A DNA stretch of 64,000 nt, from the NCBI RefSeq assembly GCF_009914755.1, contig NC_060927.1; one strand, written 5' to 3'. Every line of letters starts with the position of its first letter. Positions within the stretch are counted from its first letter, which is position 1. Both the position numbers and the translations under genes were made by a program. Below are positions 33,812 through 46,570 of this stretch, in pieces. Source of the stretch: the human T2T-CHM13v2.0 reference genome, Homo sapiens. The notes under the pieces were generated by a model that searched no databases, had not been told where the DNA came from, and saw nothing but the letters and a program-made list of their open reading frames with translations.

Positions 33812-34605
33812 AGAACAAAACCCTATATAATCATCTTTGTATTCCTAGATACTAGTTCATAGAGGCTGGTGCATAGCATGCTCTCAGTACATGATCAAAA
33901 AATGAGGTGTCATAAGAAAGAAGAAAAGGTGATGGGTACTAGGTAGTGAGAAAAAATTAGATATATTAAGTATAATAAGTGCAAATGTTTGGGTTTGTTT
34001 AGTTTACATGGGAGTAGTTTTAATATTAACACTTAAAATTATGTTCTAGTTTGTTGCCATATACGATCTGCTTATACTTTTTACAGTATTTTCTTTTCAT
34101 ATATAACAAAGATAGTCTCTAAATGACTACTCAAAGTACTTTGTAAAATAAGAATGAAGAGTCACAGAAATCTCTAGGAGCTCAAAACTATGGAGCAGGT
34201 AAATGGTGTCTCATATGGAAAGTCAGTTTGCCATAGGCCGTTTGGAATCTTGGTCTAAGTAAAAACCTGGGAAAGATTGTGTAGTTATCCAGTGATCCTT
34301 CCTGCATACATTGTGCTATATTTGCATAGAGTATAAAAAGCATGATTCCTGAGTACATTTGAGACATAAGAGCAAAACATCTTTCTTTTTCCTTATTGAA
34401 TTTATGCATATAAAAATATTTTTAAATTATACGAAAAATATAAAATATTCATGCCAAATCACCCTTATTATAAAGAACCAAATTACACAAAGTTGATACA
34501 CTATGAGAGAACTGGGGACCTGCAGTCATATTAGCTTAGAGCCTACTAACACTCTTATAGGATGAATGCACCTTAAAGGGAAATAAGTTCAAAACTCCTC
34601 TAGGA

Positions 34606-34826
34606 CAATCATTCTCAAATGGAGTGTGGTTTTGCTCTTCCTGGGCAGTATTTCGCAATGTCTGGAAATATATTTCATTGTCAACTTGGGAGGTAGTATG
34701 CTATTAGCATCTGGTGAATAGAGACCAGGGATGCTGCTAGATACTCTGCAATAAACAGGAAAGCCCCTCACCAAAAAATACTTATTCAGTCCAAAATGTC
34801 ATTATTCCTAAGTTGAGAGATAAACT
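34606..34826. mobile_element. MER20 (hAT-Charlie)
   Basis: gcaatgtctggaaata…gcatctggtgaatagagaccagggatgctgcta…tccaaaatgtca. Confidence 0.85.
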
Positions 34827-35002
34827 CTACCCTAGAAATTTTGATGATATTAAATATTCAGATTCCTCTAGGCCACCTCAGTGGTCTAGGCGGTCTAGAG
34901 AAATCTGAATAATTAATATCATCATTCCCAATGTCTTTATAGAAGCAGTCTTAAAGATTACCTATCTTTTGAAGATGGATTTCTTGATTTCCTTTTCTCA
35001 CT

Positions 35003-35375
35003 TGTGGAAACAAATTAAAACCACTCAAATGAAATAAAGCAAAGGCTATGTATTCAGAGCAAGCGAGTCAGTCCCCAACACTTACTTATGTCCAAGAATC
35101 AAAGGCAAGACAGAAGAGCGGAAAAGCTTCATAGCAGAAAAAAAAGAGGCTTCAGGTATGCCCTTGCATAGGGAGCTGAAGGCAGGATCCCCCTGCCCTG
35201 ATTAGCCCTCTGCCCCTCTGCCCTGCGTTCTTAATCCCTGATTGGTTAAGGATGTATACTGGTTTTCTGCAGTTTGCTCTAGGATGGAAGCAAGGAGAAA
35301 AATTGGAGGGGCTGCTATTATTAATCAATTTCTGACCATTTGGAGCTGTTTACTACATGAGTTATTTTTTTCTGT

Positions 35376-35406
<31 letters not shown>

Positions 35407-35561
35407 AGTTTTTGGACTGATTGATGCAGATAGTAGTTTGACTTCTAAGATTGATTACCACAGACAATACGTTGGCTTCCTGGGATTGCTGCAGATTGTG
35501 GGGAAGAATTCTAGTTTTATGTGTCGTCTGTTCATTATCAGTTTACGAGTTCAATCTCTCA
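35003..35561 (-). mobile_element. Old ERV solo LTR (MER90/MER110-like)
   Basis: TG…CA ends, about 560 bp. The minus strand reads aaaactagaattcttccccacaatctgcagcaatcccaggaagccaa. The family name is tentative. Confidence 0.6.
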
Positions 35562-35754
35562 TACGCTTCACTCATAGACATATCAACTGCGTGGAATTCC
35601 ATGTTTACTTGAATTCAAAACTAAGAAAGTTTAGCAATAGATATCTGCAGCCAAACCCAGAAAGTAAAAGTTGAGAAAAAGATTATACAAATGAATTCCC
35701 AAGAAGAAGATGGGAAAGACAATTTGTAAAGCAAAGAGTCATACTATTTACATA

Positions 35755-36283
35755 ATTCTGTGTTGATTTATTTCTTTATTACTTTCTATACCCTGCTTTT
35801 TTTGCTGGGAAAATAAGTTCTTAAGCTATATTTTCCTGATTGCCTTGCCTGCTGACTTAATATAAGCTCCTTCCAATAGGAGAGTTTCATTAGCAATTAA
35901 AACACAGGAAGTAAAATTAAGAACAAGAAAACAATAACTTTCTGCTTCTGGTATCAATAGGAAAGCAGCAATTGCCAGCAACTCTAGGGACAACATGAAG
36001 AAGGAGTGATTCTGGAATCTAGTAGCCCAATAAGAGGCAGAACTTTTCTGATGGAACTTAAAAAAAATTAATTGGATGGCAACAAGTTCAGAATTTTCAA
36101 TCCTAACCCAGAGGCATCAGTGCTTCTGATCTTCAGAAATGATCGTTTTTTCTCTTTTTTCTTCAGTCCCCATAATCACTTTTGTGCTCCATACCTTCCA
36201 GCACCAAGTTCTCATATTAAATTCCTTCAGTTTGATTTATAGGGAGGATTTATATATTCTACATTCATGATTCTAACTGGTAT
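35755..36283 (+). mobile_element. LTR33-like ERVL LTR
   Basis: ctatattttcctgattgccttgcc…ccaataggag…catattaaattccttcagtttg…ctaactggtata. Confidence 0.55.
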
Positions 36284-37555
36284 AGGTAAATGTTGAAATT
36301 TTAAAAAATAAGACTTTTACTTATTATAATCTATTTAAGTCTGATATCTATAATGACTTATGATTAAACTAAGCCCTGTCAACAGTGTATTGCCCAACTC
36401 AAGTTAAATGAAAACTCTTAGCTCTTTAATTCTACCTGTTTGTCTGTTTCAGGTTTTTCAAACATCTTCTAGGCAAATTACTTCCATTGATTTCTAAAGT
36501 ATTGTTGGTGCACAAGAAACCATGCTTGCTCAGCAAAACAATTCATAATACTCACTTGGATACTCTGGAAAACAAAAGATTGTCTTTTTGGTTTTTTGAT
36601 CATGTTCCTGGTTAATGAACCAAAAGCACTTGTAGGCGATAAGGAATTGTGTTATAATATCAGCATCTTTTTAAAGCTGTATCTATGAAGAGCTAGATAC
36701 ATATCCCTAGAATGCATGTGCTTTGTAAAGAGATTTAGATTTCCTAGTTGCCTTTCCTTTAAATGTTATATTTTATGCTTTGAAAGCAAGCAACAAATTT
36801 TCCATTTTTATGTCTCTGTCTCTCTATCTATCATTCTCTCTGCCTGTGTCTCTGTCTCTCTCTCTCTCTCACACACACCCCTTTACCTCATTTCACAAGT
36901 CTTTCTTTTGTTTAAGTTTTCCTGGTAATATTTAAATCAGAATACACATTCAGAATTTAATTCCAGTAAGACTGAAACAAGGTATGAGTAACACCTAGGG
37001 TGGGAAATTTTTGCAGTAATCTTTTCATTAAAAGAATCCGTAAAGCTGGTGTGACAGCAAAAAGAAAAACAACTTATTTCTTTTCAGCCTAATCAACTTA
37101 GGGAAAGCAATAATCCTTTGCTAATTTCTTCCATCAGAACAAGCATATGTTGTAAGGAATCACATTTAGAACAAAAAGTAAGCTAAATTAAGTGCCAAGA
37201 AATCATGCAAAGAATGGTTTGCTTTCTGAGTATGCCACATTCTCAAGGTTCAACGAAAGGGCCTTTGTTTATGGGATATGTGAAATCTTCCTAAACAAAG
37301 ACCAGAAATTCTTGAGGAATCCCAATCTTGCTGTTTCAGATTGTTTCAGTGTGATACTGGCTTCTTGCATTGTGAACTGTGTAGTTTGAAAGTTGCAATA
37401 AAAGTCAAGGCAATTGGGGTTGCAAAAAGAGGGTTTTCAGAAAAAGGTCTATTTGTTTAAACTGATAGAAATATCTCCTCTCATATCAGCTGGCTTCTAC
37501 TGCAGAGCAAACCTCCCCAAAACTTAGTGTCAAAAAAATAAACATTTTTATAGAC

Positions 37556-37719
37556 CAGGAGTCAGCCAGTTATGGCCCGTGGGCCAAATCTGGCCTATAG
37601 CTAGTTTCGGTACAGCCATAGACATAGGGTTTTGTTTTTCACATTTTTTAAGGGTTATAAAGCCTACATTATTTATTTTCTGGTCCTTTACAAAAAAAAA
37701 AAAAAAATGCCTAACTTGG
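37556..37719. mobile_element. MER58-like hAT-Charlie MITE, internally deleted
   Basis: caggagtcagccagttatggcccgtgggccaaatctggcc…tctggtcctttacaaaaa. Degenerate 8-bp TSD TTATAGAC/ATTTAGAC. Confidence 0.8.
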
Positions 37720-37798
37720 ATTTAGACAAGGCTTTTATCGGTCAAAAATTTGCCCTGGGCTCTGCAGGGTGTTTTTTATTAGTTCAGCTGGTTTCAGC

Positions 37799-38510
37799 TT
37801 TTCATTTTATTTCAACTTATATTTTAGATTCGGGGGGTATGCGTGCATGTTTGTTACATGTGTATATTGTGTGATGCTGAGGTTTGGGATTCAAATGATT
37901 CTGCAACCCACATAGTGGCATGGTACCCAGCAGTTAGAGTTTCAACCTTTGGCTTTTTCCCTCCCTTCTCTCTCTACTAGTCCTCAGTGTCTAATATTGC
38001 CATCTGTATGTCCATGACTAGCCACTGTTTAGCTTCCACTTATAAGTGAGAATATGTAGTATTTGGTTTTCTGATTCTGCATTAATTTGCTTAGGATAAT
38101 GACTTCTAGCTGCATCCATGTTGCTACAACAAACATGATCTTATTCTATTTTATGGCTGTGTAGTATTTCATGGTGAATATGTACCATGTTTCTTTATCC
38201 AGTCCATCATTGATGAGCACCTAAGTTAATTCCATGTCTTTGCTATTGTTAATAGTGCTGCTATAAACACACAAGTGCATGTGTCTTTTTGGTAGAACAG
38301 TTTATTTTCTTTTGGATATATACCCATTAATTGGATTGTTGGGTCAAATTGTAGTTCTGTTTTAAATTGTTTGAGAAATCTTGAAACTGCTTGATGATTA
38401 GTGTTGTTGAGCATTTTTTTTTCAGAATGGTTTGTTGGCCACTTGTATGTCTTCTTTTGAGATATTTCTGTTCATGTCTTTTGTCCACTTCTGTTTCTTT
38501 TTTGTTTTGG
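37799..38510 (-). mobile_element. L1 3' end (L1PA16/L1PB-like), 5'-truncated
   Basis: Antisense 3'UTR plus ORF2 C-terminal remnant (FIAALLTIAKTWN). Confidence 0.88.
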
Positions 38511-39214
38511 ATAGGCTCCATCACACATCTGTGGTCAGCTGCCTGTTTGTTAACTCGCTCAGTTTCTGGGGTTTAGTGGCTGTTGGCTGGGGTGAAGGGA
38601 ACAACTTAGCTACATGTCTCTGATCATCCAATATGTAACCCAGACTTGTTTGCGTGGTGGCTGACAGAGTTCTAAGCGGAAGTATAGAAGTACACAAGGC
38701 CTCTTGAAGACTGGACTTCAAGCTGTCACAATGTCCTCCCCATGCTATTGGCCAAAGTAAGTCAAGGAACAGAAAGGGAGGAATGTGTCACTGTTCTTGC
38801 AAAGGAACACACACAGAAACTAAGGGCTTTAAGAGTCGTGGCACCTTATTTGGAGTTTCAATGAGGAAGAGGAGAGCTGCCTTCACCCTTAGATTCCCTT
38901 GTTTTCAGATTCACTTTTTTGCTTTCTCTATCTCTGCCCAATTTAGTCCTTAATCTTGTGTGGTCTCAATGCCTGTTTTACTCCTATCCTTCTGTGGTCA
39001 GGCTTTCTCTGCCTCTCTTTGTGTAGATGCCAACTATATCTATTCCATACTGAGGCATATGAACTCATATAGTGCCTCTAGGGGAATTAGGAAAAGGTAG
39101 TCTTTTCTCTGGCAAATGGCTTGGCAAGTAAAGCACAGGATGAGGATTGTAGGCTAGACATCCTTACACAGGATAAAACCTGCAAACTCATTTTTGAGGA
39201 ACTCTGGCTCTAAC

Positions 39215-39266
39215 CATGCTCTCTGTGTATCTGCAGACTTCATGCTCTCTGTGTATCTGCAGACTT
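39215..39266. repeat. Perfect 26-bp tandem duplication
   Basis: catgctctctgtgtatctgcagactt twice (39215-39240 and 39241-39266). Confidence 0.95.
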
Positions 39267-39989
39267 CAAATGTCAACTGAGACTGACTCCAGAGAGAGAA
39301 TCTGATTGTGTCTTCTTTCAGGTATCTATTCCTAGTTCAGTTAACTGGAACTCACAGGGTAGCAAGTGGCATCCTGTGTGCCACCATATACCTTGAAAGA
39401 GGACACGAGCAAAATCTCTGAGAAATAGGACTGGTCAGACTTTTTAAAGGGAATGTGAAGAGGAAATGATTAGGGAAGAATGGTGTGGGCTCATGAGTAT
39501 ATTTTGTGCTGGATATTTGAAGAAGGCTAAGCTTTATTTTGTATTTACTCGAAGATTGTAGTAAATATCAAGAGAGTAGATTCCTACCTCTGTTATATTT
39601 TACATGTTAATATATGAAGACTACATACCCCATACCTACTGTGTAAAAAGCCCAAGTTTTAAAAAAGATTTTGCTCCTATGCCTTTTTCTCAGTGAGCAC
39701 CTAAATATTAATATATATTTTAAATAGAGTGCTCTCAATCTATATTTCATTACATCGATGCCTGAAAGGATATAACACCTAGGGAGTTTAATAAAATAAT
39801 ACAAAGATAAGCTAATATTACTAACATCACTCACAACAAAAATTATACAAAACTTACTAGACAGATTACTTAAGCATAATTGCATATAATTAAAACATAC
39901 ATTAAGTTCTGTTATGAATTTCCAACTACTGAAAACAATTTTCAAGTATTTACTCAGTTTTATTCAACTGTGTCAAAAACAAGAATCTA

Positions 39990-40350
39990 TGATACGGTTT
40001 GGCTCTGTGTCCCCACCCAAATCTCACCTTGAATTGTAATCCCCATGATCCTCATGTATCAAGGGCAGGACCAGGTGGAGGTAATTGAATCACAAGGGTG
40101 GCAAACACCATGCTGTTCTCATGATAGTGAGTGAGTTCTCACTAGGTCTCATGATTTTACTAGGGGCTTTTACCCCTTTGCTTGGTACTTGTGTTTCCTG
40201 CAGCCCTGTGAAGAGGTGTCTTCTGCCATGATTGTAAGTTTCCTGTGCCTCCCCAGCCATGTGGAACTGTGAGTCAGTTAAATCTCTTTTCTTTATAAAT
40301 TACCCAGTCTTGAGTATTCCCTTACAGTAATGTGAGAATGGGCTAATACA
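39990..40350 (+). mobile_element. THE1D-like solo LTR
   Basis: tgatacggtttggctctgtgtccccacccaaatctc…gggctaataca, about 360 bp. Confidence 0.92.
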
Positions 40351-40839
40351 TGTATAACCAGTATAGATTTTATTTGCTTGTCTAAATTCCACTGGTATGC
40401 TGCTAAGTGATCCATGTCCTATTTATCCCATGCCTACTGTATGAAATTAGCATCTACTCTTAGGCACTGCTCTTCCTGTGGCTGTGTATTACTACCCTCA
40501 TTTTCTAAATGTATTATTAAGTCACATCACATTATATAACATTAAACCACCAGTATTTATTTGGGGAATCTTCTTTCTACAGGAAACCAAAAATAGCTTC
40601 CCATTCTATTCTCTCAGTACTGTCTAATATGCTGGCCAAGGAAAAAGGAGGGAGACTGTGTTTAATAACTTTTTCTCAAAAAAAAATCAGTTGGTTTTTC
40701 ATACCTATTTCTACAGTTTTGTCTCTCTGTATCTTTGGTAGCAAAAACAAGAATCTTAAACATGTTCTCACTGGGTGGGGCCCATTTTATTTCTTGCATC
40801 TTTTATAATCTTCTTAAATCACTTTAGGAGTATACCAAA

Positions 40840-41030
40840 AGGCAGATTTTTGAGCTAACAGACCTGGCTTTGAATCTATAACTTATAGCTGGGTAAATTT
40901 AAGACATTTATGTGCCCTAATGCTCCACTACCATGTATGCAAAATGGAAGTAAAAACTATGTGTCTTTATTACTGTTGGGAAGATTAGAAAAGAAATTTA
41001 TATTAATTACCCTGTGCATTATGCAATTTA
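40840..41030 (+). mobile_element. MIR fragment
   Basis: acagacctggctttgaatc…tgcaaaatggaagtaaaaa…tgggaagattaga. Confidence 0.65.
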
Positions 41031-41214
41031 AAATTACTACAAAGCATCCCATTTTGTATTTTTAAGTCTATTTGAAGTGAAATCTTCCTGTTAGCCCTGT
41101 CCTTTACACAGAGTTTAACCATACTCAGCTTCTGTTAATATCCCACTAATAGAGACTTAATATTTGAGCATCTTAATACTATATGAAGGATTAACCTTTT
41201 CTTGTATGTGGAAC

Positions 41215-41689
41215 TTTAGATTTCAGCCATATGTAAAAGAAACCCAAAACATGTGACTCAGTCATGTACAGCCTTGATTTATTTTATCCGAACTTCCAAG
41301 GAATCTGAAGGTAGAAGGTCCAGGATTTGTGCAGTGGCTCTAACAATATTTGTTTTTTCTTTCTGCTATGCCATCCTTAGCTTTTAGTCACACAACAGCT
41401 GTGGAACCTCCAGGCAAGTGTTTGCATAATAAGCTGGAAGAAGGGATGATGGGGGAAGCAAAGGCATGCCAACTGAACCTGCCATATTAATCATCAGAGC
41501 AATAGCCTTCTTGCATGCCCTGGTCAATCAGCTCCTGCTCATGTCACATAGCAATGCCTATACTTTATTTGTTGGCTAAATTTTGTTTTTAAGATGAGCA
41601 TTTTGCACTACTAAATAACACTGGAGTTATGTTAGCAAAAAGGAAAATGGAAAATAGTTTTTAGTAGACAGGTAGGAGTTTTTGGCACA
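41215..41689 (-). mobile_element. MLT1J-like LTR
   Basis: aaagaaacccaaaaca…tgctatgccatccttagc…ggagttatgttagcaaaaagg…tggcaca. Confidence 0.65.
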
Positions 41690-42449
41690 GATGTCTACAG
41701 CAACTTCAAAGTCATCTTCTCTAAAAAACATTTAGCTCTCTCATCTTCCTATGAAACTGCAATGCTGATATATTCTGAGTAGAACAATTAAGACTTTGGA
41801 AAAATATAAATGGTAGGTAAGACTCTGACTATACGTTGAGTTGTGAGAGAAAGGTAAGGATCACTCTAGGTAAGGGAGATTGTTCCCCTAAAGAACAGTG
41901 TGACTATTCCCAAAATGCAGGTGTAAACTAGGAATTTTGGCAGGGTATCAAGACTAAGAACTGAAACATATCTGCAAGGGCATTCATTTAAGATGGACTT
42001 AGTTTTGGAGCAATTTTTTCCTCTTGAATCATGAGGAGTGTCAGAATAAGTTTACTATTTAAATTTTTATCCATTTAGTTATTTTCTTTACTGATATGCC
42101 ATCTATTATTACATGAGTATGTGTATTCAATACTTCTAGAGCCTAATATGATGATGTGGAGAATAAAGTGATGAAGCAAAAAACAAACAAAAAAAAACAC
42201 ACAAAAACTCTGGTCCATTACAAGTCTTCTCCTCTCCTGCTGACACTGGGATGAATTAACTGCTGTCAACAGAACTGTGGACAGTAACTCCAAGAATGCC
42301 TCATGGTGAAGGATGAGGTGGCTCACAGGAAGAAATTATTACAGGGAGCTTGCAAAGGGTAGACAGCCACTAGGTAGGCAGTTCAAGAATTGAGACAAGT
42401 TCCATCATTCCCAAGATATGGTAGAGGGAGGTGGCTCTTGAAAAACAGA

Positions 42450-42640
42450 AGCTGGTTTAGTGTTATAAGAGTAGGAGGAGCAGGATTTTAGAAAGGACTA
42501 AGAACTGGGTATGAGACCCTGCACTGCCAAAAACAGGAATATGACTTCATTTCTCTTGGCCACAATTTTTACTTCTGCTAAATAAAGGCAGCTCCAAGTT
42601 CCTTACCTGGAAACATTTTTTTTTCTAGGATTCTGAATTT
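42450..42640 (+). mobile_element. MIR/MIR3 fragment
   Basis: aagaactgggtatgagaccc…ctcttggccacaatttttacttctgctaaata. Confidence 0.5.
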
Positions 42641-43019
42641 AAATGTAAATATTATGTGCTTGGAGAGAGTCTGAAATCCTTTGCAATAATGAAGGAATGG
42701 AATGAGCTGCAGATTATCTGATATAGCTTGTTATCCAGCATTGTTTTGAATTGATTCATCTGGAAGCATGAAAGAACACTGCATCTCTGTGATGTGTACC
42801 ATAAGTAACATTACTAAAAATGTCATATCAGGTATTAGCCACCCCTCACCATGTTTCCCAATTCAGACACCATTTTGTTTGTTCTACAACTCTTTGTAAC
42901 AAGATATTCTAGGTGAAATTATATATTCACAGATTGCCAGAGAAAGTTGACTGAGAATCATTAACTATAATATGAATTATAGAACAATTGCTATTAAGTG
43001 GTATTAAAGCAGAGATGGA

Positions 43020-43680
43020 AGAAAATTGTATTTACTTTGGGAACTTAAAACTTTGTTAGGAAGGTGGCCTAAGAGTTGAGCTTCCAACTATGTACAGAGG
43101 TACAAAAGTTTTCATAGGTACTGAGGTTGAAAGAAACCTGTAAGATGACAAAAGAATGATAGAGAAGACATGTAGTTGTAAATCAAAAAATGTAAACAGA
43201 AAAAGTTACATGCCAGATCATAGTGTTAATTGGAAAAAGAGTTGGAGCTGTTTTTTCCCATCTCCCTCCTTTCCTCTGTTTCTTCTTTTGTTCTTTCCTT
43301 TGGATTACTTCTTAACATACGAGTAAGCTGATTGTGGAAGGAAAAATGATTTGTCTAAGAACACATTGCTTATTACTAGCCACTAGGAATTGTTCTGACT
43401 ATTCTGACTCCCAGGCTAGAGTTGCTGCTAAAAACTATGATGGAGTTTGATCATAAAGCACCTTGAGTTATACATTAAATAGTCATTACTGTTGGTAGTC
43501 ACAAGCCAAAGGAGTGGCGTGATCTCGCTGAGGATTTAGAAAGATAATTCCATAAATAGTGGGAAAAATATGATGAGAGTGAGAATATCAGTAAGAAAGT
43601 GGTGGTAATTTTCTAGGCAAGGTCTGAGAAATATCACTGGAAAAGAATGAAAGAAGTTGGATACTCACATAATGAAGAAA
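43020..43680 (-). mobile_element. Decayed L2 fragments
   Basis: Purine-rich L2 antisense phrases (aggaaggtggcctaagagttgagc; ttagaaagataattc; gtaattttctaggcaagg). Confidence 0.45.
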
Positions 43681-44701
43681 ATTTCCGAATTGCTAACATG
43701 TCCTATGTATGGGACCTGGAAAACTTTACTGCAATAATCTATCCCCCACAGGTCTAGTTTTCTATGCAACTCTATAGTGGTATAGCGGTGATGTGAATGT
43801 GTTTCCTCTTCAATTCCCATTTGTGGGAGGGAAATTTGGGATACAAAGATGGTGGTTCAATACCATAATGAACATTGTGAATCTCTTCTTATTCTACTGG
43901 CAGACTGCTGGCTGGGTGATAAGGACCTATAGCTATTATTTCTACTGCAACATTTATTATTAAATATCCATTCTTGACATCTGTGCTAGATTAACTATTC
44001 TGTAACCTTCTTTTTTGCTGTCAAACATACCAACCTTCTCAACCCTAATATCATCACTATCAACCCAGGCTTTTAAAAGTTTCTACAGAGCTTCATAACA
44101 TAAAACAAACACATGTATTAACAAAAAAGAGAAGCAGCTGAATCATATGTCTGATAAAGAGTACTGGTGACTGTGCTAATTGCTCAGCTGAGTCCGGCAT
44201 CATTTTATAGCCTGTCTAGCGTGTTACCCAGAAGTAATTTCCCCAAACATGTTTTCTGTCCTTCAACAGCTAGTACCATGCTTCTAAGCTTCTGTTTTCT
44301 AATTTGGATGAATGAGTGAACTTGGCTGAGGGGATGCATTGTCAAAGCTGATTTATGTTGTTGTCAATCCAAACTGCTTAGCTCTGCAGCTGAAATTATC
44401 CTTACATGCCCATTGTTCAGAGTTCAGAAAAACACCTTCTGTTCTATTGTTCAGCCATAGTCAGAATACAGATTTTTCTGTGCTGTTGTTGTTCTTTTCC
44501 CTATGTATCAAGCTTTTTTACAATAATGGATGACTCTACTGCGGAGTTGTTTTTTTAATCTCACAGGAAAGGACAGAGCACAGTTACAAATTGACACAGT
44601 GGGCTGGAGGTGATATTAAAAAAAATCTCTAAGAGCGTAAATAACTACCAACCATTTTTTTATTTTCATAGAACCCATTTCTAGCACTAATGGGAGAATA
44701 T

Positions 44702-44723
44702 ATGTGTGTGTGTGTGTGTGTGT
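44702..44723. repeat. (TG)n microsatellite
   Basis: Direct reading. Confidence 0.9.
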
Positions 44724-44859
44724 CTCCACACATATATAGTGTAGTCAATGATTGTCATCTGTGAAGTCCTGAGTAATTTATCCAAAAGTGAAGAACAGGC
44801 TTTTCTATATATACCTTTCCCTGTTTCATTCAGGCTTTAAATAGAAAACCAAAGGTGTT

Positions 44860-45302
44860 CTCAAATTAGAATAATTTTATAAAAGTTTACTTATTGGTGG
44901 ATTGTAAAAGCAAAAAGAGTGTAGTGATCTTAAGAAAATTTGCCACTCTTAACCCTCCAAGTCCACTCGAAGGCCTAAGTGAATGGATTAAGTTATTGGA
45001 ATCCAGAATTGGAGAGCTATGCAGAGGAGTCCACCTGGAGAGAAAGTGACTTTTGCTCATGGGACACAACTAGCCCAAAGTAATGTCTCAAGGGCGGGAG
45101 GTAGAGAAATATATAACTACCTACTCTCATCCTCCTTCCATGCCCTACTGAGACCCTCTATTGGCCTAACACAACAAGGAACCACAGAATGAAATATCCT
45201 AGAGCTGCTGCTGTAATGGGTACAAGGTAACCTCTATGACAAGAAGCTGGGTGGGATGTGAAGGGGGTCAGTCTACAGAAGCAAACAAAAGATATGTGAT
45301 GC
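44860..45302 (-). mobile_element. LTR33-like ERVL LTR
   Basis: gagagctatgcagaggagtccacctg…ctctattggcctaacacaac…gcaaacaaaagatat. Confidence 0.6.
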
Positions 45303-46383
45303 ATTATTTGTCAATGTTGCCATTACATAGTTCTTGAACTAATCTCTTAAGGTTAACATCTTCACCTATAAATTGATCACTTTATTTAGTTCAAGGTCAA
45401 AAACCTAGTTATCCTAGTTATGCTCTGTATTTGGTGTTTTAAACTAATATTTAGAAAAAAGCTCACGGCTTGGCCTATGGCAGGGGTGGAGCCAAGGACT
45501 TTGACCAGAAAAGCAGAAAGGACTCTCTTCAATCCCATTCCCTCTTAGCATGGTTTATCCAGACACAGTTCCTTTTCAAGCATATGCTTACACCTCCCCC
45601 AGGTTTCTGTGTTTCACACCGGTGCCTCTCGTCCTGGATGTTGTAGGCAATCAGGCCTCTGAGACCAGATACATCCTTCCAGACTTTGGAACACAGACTT
45701 GTTTATAATGGCACCTTCCTACATTGATCCCACTGCTGTTGCTTTAGGACTTGAGAATATTACCAAAAACAATACTCTGCCTAGTTTCTTTTTAGGAGAC
45801 TGTATGCTGTAGGAGCTCAGAGAGGCTTCATTACCAGGAGAGAAGCATCAATGCTACACAATCAGGTCTTTAACCCCAAGCAGCCCAAAATAAACACAGA
45901 AAAAATTCTGCCATTTTCAGAAAGTTTTTTGTACTTCCATGGGAGTGTGTGTGTGTGGAAGTTGGTATGCCCACATATTCCTGAAGTGGGGTATTTTTAC
46001 TGGAGAAAGACATAGAAGACTCCTGGTCTGGTTTGAGTTCTTTACCCTTTACCATTTCAGCCTTGCTTTTTATCATCTACATCCCTAAATCTTAAGTTTC
46101 ATGTTTTTCGACGATGCAAGTGATAGATACTAAGACTACTTTGTAAATTTACCCAGTGAAATGTTTTATACCTTAATCACCAGGTAGATTTTCCTTGTCT
46201 AGTTATATTATTTTTTAGCCTATGTAAGATCTTTTTTAGAATCATCTTAGTATTTGTTTATGCAGACGTAAGCTGTAAGCCTTCCCAAAATAGTTTGACT
46301 TTGGACCGTGGAGGTATTTTTTTTTAGTTTCTTTCACTGGGAACAAACTTTAATCAAAATAGACACATCACAATAAACAATAT

Positions 46384-46570
46384 TTTTATTGAACTTCCTA
46401 AGTTATAGATCACTTTTTAATTCTTTACCTAATTTAATTCTCTCAGCAAGACCATGGGATAAACAGTTTCATCCCCACATCCAGGATGAAAAGGATCGGG
46501 CTAAGAAACTTGATTTTTCTCAGAAAATGTGGTCTTTTGTGTTTGTCCACCCCAGGTTCCACATTCTTGG
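46384..46570 (-). mobile_element. MIR fragment
   Basis: tttattgaacttcc…atttaattctctcagcaa…catccccacatccaggatgaaaa. Confidence 0.6.

Larger units (their letters stand above)
37483..38790 (-). mobile_element. MLT1 (MaLR) LTR split by a MER58 and an L1 3' end
   Basis: aaacctccccaaaacttagtg…ctgggctctgcaggg…[L1]…tctgtggtcagctg…ctattggccaaagtaagtcaagg. Confidence 0.65.
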
